DNA of 64,000 nucleotides from an uncultured virus (IMG/VR IMGVR_UViG_3300010370_000031) (IMGVR_UViG_3300010370_000031), one strand, 5' to 3'. Shown: positions 47,951-58,613, numbered from the stretch's first letter. Notes: generated from the sequence alone by a model not told the origin. Numbers and translations: made by a program.

Positions 47951-49540
47951 TTAATTGTGAATATTATCTCTCAAATACTCGAACAAAGTTGGTGATTTTT
48001 CAGCTTCTTCTAATCTTTTTTCATAATCAATATTCCATTTTTCCATGTGACTATCTAATATATTTTTATAATTTACCATTGGATTACTTAATTCTATTTT
48101 TAAAATATCAATTTTATCCAACATATTATAATTCATTCCAGTAGCAATACAATGTATCCCTGCATTGTCTCCAGTTGGATGTGCAGCCGCAATCATTTTT
48201 CTATATTTTAAGTTTAAATATGCATCACTAACTTTCATTTTTTCATTTAACATATCAATAGCAAAAGATTTTTTGTTGATATCTTGCCAATATTCACTAT
48301 CATCTCTATTTGATAAAGCATAGTGTAAAGAAACAAATTCAGCAAAACTATTAAAGGTTTCTTTTACTGTTGCATTATAACAATCTATATCCCATTGAGT
48401 AAAAACATCTCTTTGTAAAGATTTGATCAATGATAGTAAAAATTCATGTACGGTAAATAACCCATTGCTTTCTAATGGTTCAATGAATCCCGCTGACAAC
48501 CCTATGGCAACTACATTTTTTACCCACGTTCTTTTATGAATACCAATTCTCATTTCAATATCTTTGAATTTTAATTCGTCGATATTTCTATTTGGATTGC
48601 ATTTTAAATGATTTTTGAATTCTAATAGCGCATCTTCTTTACTAATAAATTTATCGCTATAGACATAACCAGTGCCAATACGTGACCATAAAGGAATATT
48701 CCAAACCCAACCATTAGTGAGTGCAGTGCAATTTGTGTAACACTCTAATTCTTTTTCTTTATCTGTGTAAGGAACTTGAGTTGCCCATGCTCTATTATTT
48801 GGTAAAATATTGTTATAAGAAATAAATTCTTCTTTTAATGATTCCCCAAGCAATAAACTTTTCCATCCAGTGCAATCAATATATAAATCTGCTTTATGAA
48901 TTTGACCAGATTTTAAAATTAAGTAATCGATTCCATCTTCATTTACTTTAATTTCAGATACAGAATCTGCTATTAAATTTACACCTTTTGGTAAACAATA
49001 ATTGTTTTTCAACCACTGTCCAAACTTAACAGCATCGAAATGATACGCACTATCTCTATGAAAATTAAAATTTTTAAAAATACCAGATTCGTTTTTATTA
49101 ATTTTATTTCCTTCAATTAAAGGCATTGCTGGGAAATAAGTTTTAGTGTAATCACTAATTGGTGTTTCTGGATAATACGATTTTTTTAGTGCCCAATCAT
49201 TTGGCGGAAAAATACTAGAATCATTTTCATAATATGGGGAACCAAATGGATAGTGAAATGCCCCTGAATCTTTCTTGTAAAAATTAGTAAATTTGATACT
49301 GAGTTTATAAGAGGCATCAGTTTCTCTCATAAAATCTTTATCTTCTATACCGAGTAAATCTTTCCAAACATTAATCTGTCCTAAGGTGCTTTCACCAACT
49401 CCTACAATTGGATAATCTGGACTTTCGATTACTGTTATGTTTTTATTTGGGAAAAATTTAATAAAAGTGGAGGCGGTCATCCAACCAGACGACCCACCTC
49501 CAACAATAGTAATATTGTCAAATTTGTAAGACATAAACAA
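47951..49540 (-). CDS. Flavin-dependent tryptophan-halogenase family protein (PrnA-like)
   Basis: GGGSSGW (FAD), VGVGES, ASYKLSI (catalytic Lys position), AYHFDA, IDCTG, GWVWNIP (WxWxIP), FIEPLES. Confidence 0.88.
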   Translation of the reverse strand: MFMSYKFDNITIVGGGSSGWMTASTFIKFFPNKNITVIESPDYPIVGVGESTLGQINVWKDLLGIEDKDFMRETDASYKLSIKFTNFYKKDSGAFHYPFGSPYYENDSSIFPPNDWALKKSYYPETPISDYTKTYFPAMPLIEGNKINKNESGIFKNFNFHRDSAYHFDAVKFGQWLKNNYCLPKGVNLIADSVSEIKVNEDGIDYLILKSGQIHKADLYIDCTGWKSLLLGESLKEEFISYNNILPNNRAWATQVPYTDKEKELECYTNCTALTNGWVWNIPLWSRIGTGYVYSDKFISKEDALLEFKNHLKCNPNRNIDELKFKDIEMRIGIHKRTWVKNVVAIGLSAGFIEPLESNGLFTVHEFLLSLIKSLQRDVFTQWDIDCYNATVKETFNSFAEFVSLHYALSNRDDSEYWQDINKKSFAIDMLNEKMKVSDAYLNLKYRKMIAAAHPTGDNAGIHCIATGMNYNMLDKIDILKIELSNPMVNYKNILDSHMEKWNIDYEKRLEEAEKSPTLFEYLRDNIHN

Positions 49541-49563
49541 ATAATGTAATTATATTATATAGG

Positions 49564-50460
49564 TCAGATTTGAAGACCGTCTCCTCGCATTCTGACTACA
49601 ACTAATCCGTGACCGCCTCTACCACCAGAGTTTTCTGGTGAATGGTGTCCACTACCACCGCCCCCGCCAGTTCCATCTGTTCCACTATCTCCAGGAGCAT
49701 GATGCCAAACTGTGCCTCGGCCCCCGCCGCCGCCACGAGCATATGAAGGTGGGTAATATCCCCAACCATAGTGGGATCCACCACCACCACCGCCCGCAAT
49801 AGATCTACCTAAAACTGTAGTACCGTTTCCACCATAAGCGTCACCATTGCCTCCAGCACCACCACCGCCACCACCTACGTAATAAAATGTTTCATTTTTG
49901 TTACCACCTCTAGTGCCATAGATAGTAGCACCTGGATATGATGATTGGTTGGACGGACCTCCAGAATAATATCCCCCCCAATGACCATTACAACCACCGC
50001 CGCTTCCACCAGGGGATCCAGGATATTCTGACCATCTACCACCAGCTCCTCCTCCGTTTGCGGTTATACTACCAAACGTAGTGTTTTCTCCACTTGAAGC
50101 AAAACTACTATGATTACTAGTTCCAGCACCTCCACCACCAATGTAAATTGATACTGCACTGCTTATTGCAAAAGCTGGGTGGTAAACTACACCACCACCA
50201 CCTCCACCACCACTTAATCCTCCAGAAGCACCACCACCACCTCCAATTACAAGTATTTGTGCTACTGCTGGAATTGGTGGTGCTGGTAAAGTGAATGATG
50301 AGCTACCGCCACTATATACTCTTTCGTAAACAGCGGTGGGAGTCCCAGCAGTACCACTAACTAAACTAAAACTATTTGCAGTAAAATATGCAACTAAATT
50401 ACCGCCCGCAACTCCCCTACCAAAACTTCTAGATCCACTAAAACTACCTAAAAATGCCAT
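49564..50460 (-). CDS. Glycine-rich adhesin-like virion protein
   Basis: Many GGGGG runs with aromatic loops, ILVIGGGGG start and GGHGLVVVR end; directly downstream of the long fibre gene. Confidence 0.7.
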   Translation of the reverse strand: MAFLGSFSGSRSFGRGVAGGNLVAYFTANSFSLVSGTAGTPTAVYERVYSGGSSSFTLPAPPIPAVAQILVIGGGGGASGGLSGGGGGGGVVYHPAFAISSAVSIYIGGGGAGTSNHSSFASSGENTTFGSITANGGGAGGRWSEYPGSPGGSGGGCNGHWGGYYSGGPSNQSSYPGATIYGTRGGNKNETFYYVGGGGGGAGGNGDAYGGNGTTVLGRSIAGGGGGGSHYGWGYYPPSYARGGGGGRGTVWHHAPGDSGTDGTGGGGGSGHHSPENSGGRGGHGLVVVRMRGDGLQI

Positions 50461-50501
50461 TTTTTATTTGCCTCCATTTAAATTATATATTAAATTTTCA
50501 A

Positions 50502-53500
50502 TTATTGATATGAAGATGCTTGACCATATACTTGCCAGGTAGATCCATCTACTCTGACGAAACTTAGCGTCCAAACATTATGTCTGGATGCATCGCCAGA
50601 TGGTTGTGAATTGTTTGCCCACTTAATAGTTTGGTTAACACCGTTAATACCCATGGAGGTTGCTATCTTATAAGCAGTTCCTCCTTGAGCAATTACAATA
50701 GAAATGCTATATGCTTTACCTACTGTAGTTGGGACGTTACTTACGTTAACCGTAATATCACCATTAACACCTGGATGATAGAATAAAGTATATAGTGAAT
50801 AATCATATGTCTGGTTTCCTGACTGAGGATTACTTCTAATTTCACAACCTTCATTTACGGAAGCAAAGTTAGATACACCAGATACAGTCAATCCAGTTAG
50901 AGTGCCAACAGAAGTTAGACTCGATGCAGTGACTCCAGATCCAAGTGTTGTTGCACTTAATACGTTAGTGCCATTAATTTGATATGTGCGTGACGTTGGA
51001 ATATTAATTCCACCACCACCAAAATCATATCTAGTATTAGTATTATTATAATATAAAGATAATCCAGAAGCAGCAGTGCCTAAACGAATACCAGCACCAT
51101 CTAAACTAGCAGCACTTGCTGTGCCATCACCGATAACAATTGTTTTATCGGTGATTGCTAAATCAGTAGAATTAATAGTTGTGGTTGTGCCAGCAACTGT
51201 TAAATTGCCACCAAATACACCATTGCCATCTTTGTCAACTGTAAACTTACTTGAACCGCCAATCTTCACATCTACGAGATATGATGGTGTAGCGGAGCTT
51301 GTATTAGTTACATCAATATCAAGACCTCTGAAAGTCGTTGAAGAAGAATTCCATGTTGGTTGAATCTTAAGATTTCCTCTTAAATCTAAACCATTAGAAT
51401 CTGCAATCTTTTGCTTTCTATTGCAAACGAATGTTCCAGTTGCTGGCGTAACAGCATTTCCTGACATCACATAAGTAAATGTTAATGCAGAAGGAACTGA
51501 TGCAACTATAAATGTTCCATTATAATTTGCTTGGTTAGCTCCAGAAATTACAATTTCATCTCCTTGATATACGTTATGTGCAACGAAAGAAGTTACCGTA
51601 GCGGTAGTGCCACTTGATGTTATAGTCGCTACTCCAATCGAAGGCGAAGTTCTTACAATACCAGCACCAACAGCACCATCAACATATGTCTTAACAGCTA
51701 ACTGAGTTGGTACTGCAGTGTCTCTAGAGAAATCTCCACCGAGAGTAGCATCTGCAGAGAATTCATTAATCGATACACCCAATTCAGCACCGAGAGATCC
51801 CAGACGTAGTGAAGCAAGACCAGCAAGGTTGAATGCTGTGGCGTCTAGCGTAGCACTACCAGTTGCCTGCTCAACCGTGAAGAATTCACCAACACGGAAG
51901 TTACCATCTTGGTCAGTTGAAACATAATATACGCGACCTGGGAAGTCCTCGACAACTTCATTTGCTTGGACAGCAGATTGAGTTGGTGTGCCTGGCCAAT
52001 TTGTGGTTGACTTTCTTCCTGTGCCGACTTGTAGGAAGTCATGACCCGTCATACGTACTTGTGAATAGCGTAGACGAATTTCTACTGACTGACCGTTTGA
52101 AGTATTAATCGTTTTTGGATTTGCAAAAATTAGTGTTGCTCTACCAACTTGTGTTGAGTTTACACTACTAATTCTTAAAAATTCATTATCAATTTTAATG
52201 ATATCATTTGCATCGAAATTAGCAATTGAGAAAATAGGAATGGTAGTTCCAGCAGTGTCAACGTCTTGTCTGATAGTGGTAGCATTGGTTGATTTAGTTA
52301 CATAATAAATTACGCTACCGTCAGCATGTGCAGCTGCTGATGTTCCTTCGTTTCCTCTAGTTACTGTAACTCCAACTCCTGCTTGGATACCAGTAATATT
52401 CATTAATTCATTATTAACAAGGATAAAATTATTGGCACCCGAACTAATTCCAGATAGAATTGTAGCATCGGCAAAAGGTACTGTAGTTGCAGAATCACTT
52501 AATTCTTGAGTACCTGCATTATCCAATAAAGTTGTGCTACTGGAAACATTATATAGTGTTACACTAGTACCTCCAGTGTGAGTTGCTAAAGTAGTACCAC
52601 CACTAGTACCTTGCTTATACACTTTACTACCAGCAATATTGGCGGTAGTAACATTACCTCCGCTATTTGCATATGTAAATTGTGTGCCTGAAGTTACAGT
52701 AATTTCAGTTCTCTGGAAAGGAAGTGTAGCAAAAGTTTGATAGTTTGCTGGAGCAATAACAATATTTACTTTATCTCCCGTCGATAAACCGTGAGCACTA
52801 GATGTAGTTACCGTAGCAACGTTATTTGTTCTAGCAACACTCGTGATATTAACTTCTTGTGGTGCTGTTCCTGGGTTATCATATCTTCTAACTGTTGATA
52901 AAGTTAGATTTTGAGCAGTTGATGCATCCTCAACTCCTTTAATAACATAATACTTGGTGTCATTAAATTGTGGAGATCCAGATACATTGAGGAATTTAGT
53001 AGCACCTGTGATTTGTGGCAGTACTGCTTGTCCACCAACAACAGGTAATCCTGTTAGTGGGAAGATTTTTCCTTTTAGACCTTCTAAAGCACCGTTTGGA
53101 TTTTCTCCTGATACAGCAGCTGTTGTAGCAACAGCACCAGATGGAGAAACGCCAGCAGCACCAATACCAGTAATTGGCTTACTATTTTGGAAAGTACCAG
53201 TAATAGCTTCAATGATTAGATAAGTCGATTGCTCATAAAGAATTAATCCTAGAGCATAATCTGGTTGGCCTAAAGTACTCTGTTGTACTTGCTCACCCTT
53301 AACAAATAGTGCGGAATTTTCTCCATAAACAAAGTTTAATCTCTGACCCCTTACATTTGCAGCAAGAGCTGTTTCTGTTAAATCAAATCCTCTTGAAACA
53401 GCACCAAATGTGCCCCATGAGTTGTTTCCTGCAAGTGAGCGAATTCTACCGCCACCTGTGCAAGTATAACCAATATGAGCATAGTAAGTAAAGCAAGAAA

Positions 53501-55559
53501 CAACTTCAGCGTTACCTTGATCTTTACACCAGAAACCTACACCACCATCATGGAATTGAGTAAACGAATCAAATAGCATCGAACCATTTGAAGTTGTTCC
53601 TCCATATACACTTCTATCAACAAGAGCACCAACACCACCAGTGCAATTTGGAGCATCTCCAACTGGACGACCAGAGAATGCAGAGCATTGAGTAATATAA
53701 GGTGATTTGCCAAGAATAACTGATGCTGGGTTTAAACGTAAGAATACACCTCTTACGGTTGCCTGAGTAATATCAGAAGAATTAGCACCACCTGCTGGCT
53801 CAAATCCTTCCATTCCAGTAAATACTAGATCTTTTAAAGTCGTTGACTCTGAAAGATAAAACATAGTAGAGAATCTATTTTCTACTGGAGTTGCATCTGT
53901 TGATAAACCAGTTGATTTTGGTGCAATAATACTTGAACGTAAATTATCACCGACAATAGAAGTATAAGCTGGAACAGTTAATGGAAGTTGCTCTTCGTAT
54001 GTGCCAGACTTGACAAAAATTGTATTGATATTTGCTGCTGATCCAGCAGGAATCTGAGATAGTGCATATTTAAGAGTTTTCCATGGTCTACTAATATTTC
54101 TACCATGAGTAGTAGCATCTGTACCATCAGTTGCTACGTAATAAACATTGGCACAAAGATTATTTCTTTCCCATGATGGTAATCCATTGTTAACAGTGAG
54201 GATTTGTCCATTCGTGCCGATTGGTAAGTTAACATTAGCACCAGCAGCATTTCTGTATAGAGTATCGCCAGGATCTTGTAGAGTTAAAGTTGACTCTCCC
54301 TGAGCAACTGCTTGCCAGTTTGCACCACCAGTACCAGTTCCAACAGCGGTTAAAGTTAATACTAGATTATCTCCAGGGGTGCTACCACCAATATTTGCAC
54401 CAGCAATTGTTACGGTATTCCCAATCGCATAACCAGTACCTTTATTTACTGCAGTAATGGTAGTAATTACACCGCTACCATTTCTAGAAATATTGAAAGT
54501 AGCTCCTGTGCCACTGCCATTAGAAGTAGATGCTACACCACTGTAGGATTGACTTGCAGCTCCTACAATTGTAGTAGTAGTCGTGACATTCCAAGTCTTA
54601 ACTTCTGTCGAAACTGTTTGATCTTCAACGGGGTCAATATTAGTATTGTGCGCTGTTAAATTAACCCAACTTGCAGATTGCTTTGAAACAACATCATTAA
54701 CTTGATATGTTGAAGAAGAATTCCATGGACCTCTCCAATTGAGACCACTGGTAACTTTTTGCCAACGTGATGTATCAATTGGATAAATGCCAGCAGCACT
54801 AGTAGAAATCTTAACATAAGTGTCACCGCCAAATCTTACAACATCACCAGGGACATAAATTGTGGAATTATTATAGTCACCTTGCATCCTAAATCCAGTG
54901 GTTAGGATATCCCAATCACTAGAATATAGATTTGGTTGTTTGTTTGTGTGAATTGTTTTTGCAACATATGAATATCCACCAAATGTTACAATGTCTCCTG
55001 GTTGATATTCTTGACCGCCAGACCAAGTATTTTCAAATTTTAATGTTTCTAAATATGAATTAAATTTAGAAGGATCGTATGAAATTCCAGATGTGTGAGC
55101 AGAAATACAAACATAAAGACCATTACCATATTTTACAATATCATTAATTTTATAGTATACACCATTCGCCCAGTTTCCTTTAAATTCTGTACCACTAGTA
55201 TATAAAACCCAATTTATTTGAGAAGAATAAAATTGAGATTCGTTGGCAGGAGACGTGTGATCGGTCACACAAAGATATTGATTGGCACCAAACGTTACTA
55301 AATCATTCTTAGCATAAAAAGTATTTGGTGCCCATGGACCCATAATCCTGATGCCAGGGACATGAAGTTGCCACCTAGGAGTAGCAATATTTAAATCTGT
55401 TGATGCCCAACCAGTTTCCGACGCTGCGGAAGTGTGGTTAACGACACAAACGTAAGTATTCCCTTTAAAGGAAACGATGTCGTCAATTACATAGGCAGTA
55501 GATGGAGCCCATGCACCTCTCCAGTTGAATTTTAGTCTACCTAATCTGAAATCAGCCAT
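50502..55559 (-). CDS. Long tail fibre / structural protein (1685 aa)
   Basis: About six N-terminal W..Y...D.V.(F/Y)G...Y repeats, VYYVATDG beta-helix entry motif, Thr/Gly/Ser-rich shaft. Confidence 0.8.
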   Translation of the reverse strand: MADFRLGRLKFNWRGAWAPSTAYVIDDIVSFKGNTYVCVVNHTSAASETGWASTDLNIATPRWQLHVPGIRIMGPWAPNTFYAKNDLVTFGANQYLCVTDHTSPANESQFYSSQINWVLYTSGTEFKGNWANGVYYKINDIVKYGNGLYVCISAHTSGISYDPSKFNSYLETLKFENTWSGGQEYQPGDIVTFGGYSYVAKTIHTNKQPNLYSSDWDILTTGFRMQGDYNNSTIYVPGDVVRFGGDTYVKISTSAAGIYPIDTSRWQKVTSGLNWRGPWNSSSTYQVNDVVSKQSASWVNLTAHNTNIDPVEDQTVSTEVKTWNVTTTTTIVGAASQSYSGVASTSNGSGTGATFNISRNGSGVITTITAVNKGTGYAIGNTVTIAGANIGGSTPGDNLVLTLTAVGTGTGGANWQAVAQGESTLTLQDPGDTLYRNAAGANVNLPIGTNGQILTVNNGLPSWERNNLCANVYYVATDGTDATTHGRNISRPWKTLKYALSQIPAGSAANINTIFVKSGTYEEQLPLTVPAYTSIVGDNLRSSIIAPKSTGLSTDATPVENRFSTMFYLSESTTLKDLVFTGMEGFEPAGGANSSDITQATVRGVFLRLNPASVILGKSPYITQCSAFSGRPVGDAPNCTGGVGALVDRSVYGGTTSNGSMLFDSFTQFHDGGVGFWCKDQGNAEVVSCFTYYAHIGYTCTGGGRIRSLAGNNSWGTFGAVSRGFDLTETALAANVRGQRLNFVYGENSALFVKGEQVQQSTLGQPDYALGLILYEQSTYLIIEAITGTFQNSKPITGIGAAGVSPSGAVATTAAVSGENPNGALEGLKGKIFPLTGLPVVGGQAVLPQITGATKFLNVSGSPQFNDTKYYVIKGVEDASTAQNLTLSTVRRYDNPGTAPQEVNITSVARTNNVATVTTSSAHGLSTGDKVNIVIAPANYQTFATLPFQRTEITVTSGTQFTYANSGGNVTTANIAGSKVYKQGTSGGTTLATHTGGTSVTLYNVSSSTTLLDNAGTQELSDSATTVPFADATILSGISSGANNFILVNNELMNITGIQAGVGVTVTRGNEGTSAAAHADGSVIYYVTKSTNATTIRQDVDTAGTTIPIFSIANFDANDIIKIDNEFLRISSVNSTQVGRATLIFANPKTINTSNGQSVEIRLRYSQVRMTGHDFLQVGTGRKSTTNWPGTPTQSAVQANEVVEDFPGRVYYVSTDQDGNFRVGEFFTVEQATGSATLDATAFNLAGLASLRLGSLGAELGVSINEFSADATLGGDFSRDTAVPTQLAVKTYVDGAVGAGIVRTSPSIGVATITSSGTTATVTSFVAHNVYQGDEIVISGANQANYNGTFIVASVPSALTFTYVMSGNAVTPATGTFVCNRKQKIADSNGLDLRGNLKIQPTWNSSSTTFRGLDIDVTNTSSATPSYLVDVKIGGSSKFTVDKDGNGVFGGNLTVAGTTTTINSTDLAITDKTIVIGDGTASAASLDGAGIRLGTAASGLSLYYNNTNTRYDFGGGGINIPTSRTYQINGTNVLSATTLGSGVTASSLTSVGTLTGLTVSGVSNFASVNEGCEIRSNPQSGNQTYDYSLYTLFYHPGVNGDITVNVSNVPTTVGKAYSISIVIAQGGTAYKIATSMGINGVNQTIKWANNSQPSGDASRHNVWTLSFVRVDGSTWQVYGQASSYQ

Positions 55560-55622
55560 TTTTTATACTTTCCTTATTGAAATCCGTGGTGAATAAAAAG
55601 ACGTTTGTGCCGAATTTGGCAA

Positions 55623-56294
55623 TTACTTTGGTCCTGCGTTGTAATCGTAAGTACCAAATCTTGCAACAAAATAACCATCATTGTCAATAAAATATGTTAT
55701 TTTTCTTGCTTCAAACTTATACTGTTGGTATTTATCATTGTTTTCGTCATTACTATAAGATTTAGTTACTTCCACGACTTTTAAAGTTAAATCTGTCACA
55801 TCATTTATTTTTGAAGATGCTACTGTGATAGTTTCTTCAGGAGAGAATAAATAACCACCATTAACAATATTAATAGAAGAAATATAACCTAAATTATTTC
55901 TAGTAATTTGCAAATTTAAATGTGTGCCTGGTTCTTGATTCCCAGGGCCCTCTCCATCCGCGTTACCATATAGTCCAGTAACATTGTAAGTTACACCAGC
56001 ATCAGTTGTATTTTCGATGCCGCCAGAAATAATTGCTAGTGACCTAACAGCCCCTACTTCTACTACACTTCCCCATGCTTCTAAGAAATCTTTTGGTTCT
56101 GTGCCATCAATATTAAAAACATCAATACTGTCATTATCTGCAGTATTTGTTTTAGTATACCAAAGCATACCATCAGCATCTCTTCTTAGAGCATGGAAAG
56201 TAAAGCGATTTGAAGTATTGAAATAGGAATACATACTCCCATTTCCTCCACCAGATCCACCTTCTATGCCAGATTCACTTAAGTAAAGTGCCAT
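55623..56294 (-). CDS. Structural / fibre-associated hypothetical protein
   Basis: FHALRRDADGML...YFIDNDGYFVAR; late promoter upstream (56348-56355). Confidence 0.7.
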   Translation of the reverse strand: MALYLSESGIEGGSGGGNGSMYSYFNTSNRFTFHALRRDADGMLWYTKTNTADNDSIDVFNIDGTEPKDFLEAWGSVVEVGAVRSLAIISGGIENTTDAGVTYNVTGLYGNADGEGPGNQEPGTHLNLQITRNNLGYISSINIVNGGYLFSPEETITVASSKINDVTDLTLKVVEVTKSYSNDENNDKYQQYKFEARKITYFIDNDGYFVARFGTYDYNAGPK

Positions 56295-56366
56295 CTATAA
56301 TAACTCCGATTTGAGTTTGCCGTCAATTTTATTTATGATGTCACAAGTATTTATAATAATTAACTA

Positions 56367-57104
56367 TTATGAAAAAACCTTCCAAAAGTCTCCTGTCCAA
56401 ACGATTGTGACCGTAACGCCAGCAACATCGAGAATATATGGACTATCCACATCTCCAGTTTTATCTTGAAATGTTTTATTTAAACCAGCATTTAAAATGA
56501 CGGGATATGAATTCCAGGAATTTTTCATATCAGCAAAAACGATTGTGTTGCCTACATTAGGATTGGGTGGCAAGGTAACTGTAATATCTGACTGAGTGGA
56601 AGAATTAGTTAAAGTATCTACCAAATACCTTCCACTAACTTGAGCAACAAAGTCAGATGTTTCAATTCCAAAACTAGCGCCAGCAGCAATATTATTACTA
56701 CCTCTAACAATAAGGTCACCTTTAATTTCTACAACACCAGTAACATCATTATCATTATTTGGGTCGATGATAATATCACCAGTTGCTTTAACTCTACCAA
56801 CCAATAAACTATTCATTGTGAAATCACCAGTACTTTCTAAAATAGCTGGTGTTACAGAGTTTGGAAACATATTGATAGTATTAACTTTTGCCCAAGAAAG
56901 GACTCCATTACCATCAGTAATTAAGAGCTCATTGGGAGCACCATTATCAACTGGCATTATTAATGTATAGTCGCCAGTTAAACTAGATGGTGCTTTAATA
57001 GACACAAATCTAAGTGTGCCTACATTAGTGCTTAATTTTACCGCGTTGTTATTTTCAACAACCAGTCCGTTTTTTACGGTAAATTCTTTATTGTAAGTAG
57101 CCAT
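56367..57104 (-). CDS. Fibre-like structural protein
   Basis: FTVKNGL N-terminus; TVTLPPNPNVGNTIVFAD repeat of T4 fibre type. Confidence 0.7.
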   Translation of the reverse strand: MATYNKEFTVKNGLVVENNNAVKLSTNVGTLRFVSIKAPSSLTGDYTLIMPVDNGAPNELLITDGNGVLSWAKVNTINMFPNSVTPAILESTGDFTMNSLLVGRVKATGDIIIDPNNDNDVTGVVEIKGDLIVRGSNNIAAGASFGIETSDFVAQVSGRYLVDTLTNSSTQSDITVTLPPNPNVGNTIVFADMKNSWNSYPVILNAGLNKTFQDKTGDVDSPYILDVAGVTVTIVWTGDFWKVFS

Positions 57105-57140
57105 AACGGTTCACTCTCCCCGTTGTAGTGTTAGAAATAT

Positions 57141-58613
57141 TTATGATTTAATAGCAGTAGCAATTACTTTTACAGTAGTAGAAGTTGCAGATGCTGGTGT
57201 AACCAAGAGACGAATAAATCCAGAATTAATATCTGCAGAATATGAAGCAATATATGTATCAGACGCTATAGCATTCTGCTCAGTAATTGTTACGTCAGTG
57301 CCATTATGTATCAATAGTAATTTTGATACATGTGTATTGTTTCCTGATTTTGCCTGAATCAAATATTCCACTGAAGAGAATGTAGAGGCAGGAAGAGGAA
57401 GAATTGGATATTGTGTTGTTGCTGTTGTTGTATTTGAAGCAGATGTATAAACAGCAAAATTATTAATTGTTACAGTAGTAGCAGATGCATTTCCTAAAGT
57501 TGGATCTGTTAATACTGGGGAAGTTAAAGTTTTATTTGTTAGTGTCTCTACGTTATCTAAAGTTGATAGTGTGCCAGTAGTAGGAAGAGTTACGCTTGTA
57601 TTTGCAGTGGTCGTTACTTCTAGTGTGTGAGCACCAGTATGAGTAAAATTACCTCCGAGAGTAATTGTCTTAGTGCCGTTATTGACACCAGTGCCACCAA
57701 AGGTTGGTGAAATAATAGTGCCATTCCAAACACCAGTTGTAATAGTGCCTACTGAAGTTAGATTAGAAGAAACAATTCCACTACCCAGCGCGGTAGACCC
57801 TATTACGGTAGTGCCATTAATTTTATAAGTTTTCCCTTCGGCAAGATTCCAACTTTCTGATGAAGACCACGAAGTAAAACCATGACTATAAGTTAATGTG
57901 ACACCAGTAGTGCCAACATTAAATCCAGACCCATCAGCAGCTGCTGCACTACTTGTGCCATTAGCGATAATTACAACTTTGTCTGTTACTGCTAAATCAG
58001 TTGTACTAATAGTAGTAGTAGCACCTTGTACAAGTAAATCTCCAGTAATAGTTAAGTTACCAGTTACTGTTGCTACTGTGCCGTTGTCACCAATAATAGA
58101 ATCAGTGAATTGACCATCAGTATCATTCCATTTAGTTAATTTATTTTGTGAAAGATTATCACCATTTTTAATAGCAACTGTTACATCAGTTGCACCATCA
58201 AAGAATCCGCCAGATAATCCTGTGCCAATTGTAAGAGTTTTATCAATAGCTGCTTCAATAGTAATATTTTGACTACCATCAAAAGCAACACCATTAATTG
58301 TTCTTGCTGTTGCTAATTTAGTGGTAGTATCAGCATTTCCTACTAAATCACCAGTAAAAGTCTGAGAAAAAATATTTGCAAACTTGAAAGAAGCAGACCC
58401 AAGATTATAAGTTGTATTAGCAGAAGGTAATACAGTAGCACCAAAATTGGCGTTGGACATATTTGCCCTTGCCATTTCGTAACCACCTGCAGTTACGCCA
58501 TCATGCAACCTCAAAGCATAATTGCTGAGATTTACTGATAACTCTCCTTGAGCACCAATAAAATTATTATTTTGAGTTGCAGTGCCTCTTCTAAACTGTA
58601 CTTGGGTTGCCAT
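57141..58613 (-). CDS. Tail fibre-like protein
   Basis: TQVQFRRGT...GELSV...HDGVTAGG N-terminus; ARTINGVAFDGSQNI; ETLTNKTLTSP. Confidence 0.8.
   Translation of the reverse strand: MATQVQFRRGTATQNNNFIGAQGELSVNLSNYALRLHDGVTAGGYEMARANMSNANFGATVLPSANTTYNLGSASFKFANIFSQTFTGDLVGNADTTTKLATARTINGVAFDGSQNITIEAAIDKTLTIGTGLSGGFFDGATDVTVAIKNGDNLSQNKLTKWNDTDGQFTDSIIGDNGTVATVTGNLTITGDLLVQGATTTISTTDLAVTDKVVIIANGTSSAAAADGSGFNVGTTGVTLTYSHGFTSWSSSESWNLAEGKTYKINGTTVIGSTALGSGIVSSNLTSVGTITTGVWNGTIISPTFGGTGVNNGTKTITLGGNFTHTGAHTLEVTTTANTSVTLPTTGTLSTLDNVETLTNKTLTSPVLTDPTLGNASATTVTINNFAVYTSASNTTTATTQYPILPLPASTFSSVEYLIQAKSGNNTHVSKLLLIHNGTDVTITEQNAIASDTYIASYSADINSGFIRLLVTPASATSTTVKVIATAIKS

Noticed and set aside
49564..50460. 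Diversity-generating retroelement or tandem-repeat array in the Gly-rich gene
   Set aside because: No reverse transcriptase or template/variable repeat pair seen; repeats are explained by Gly codons.
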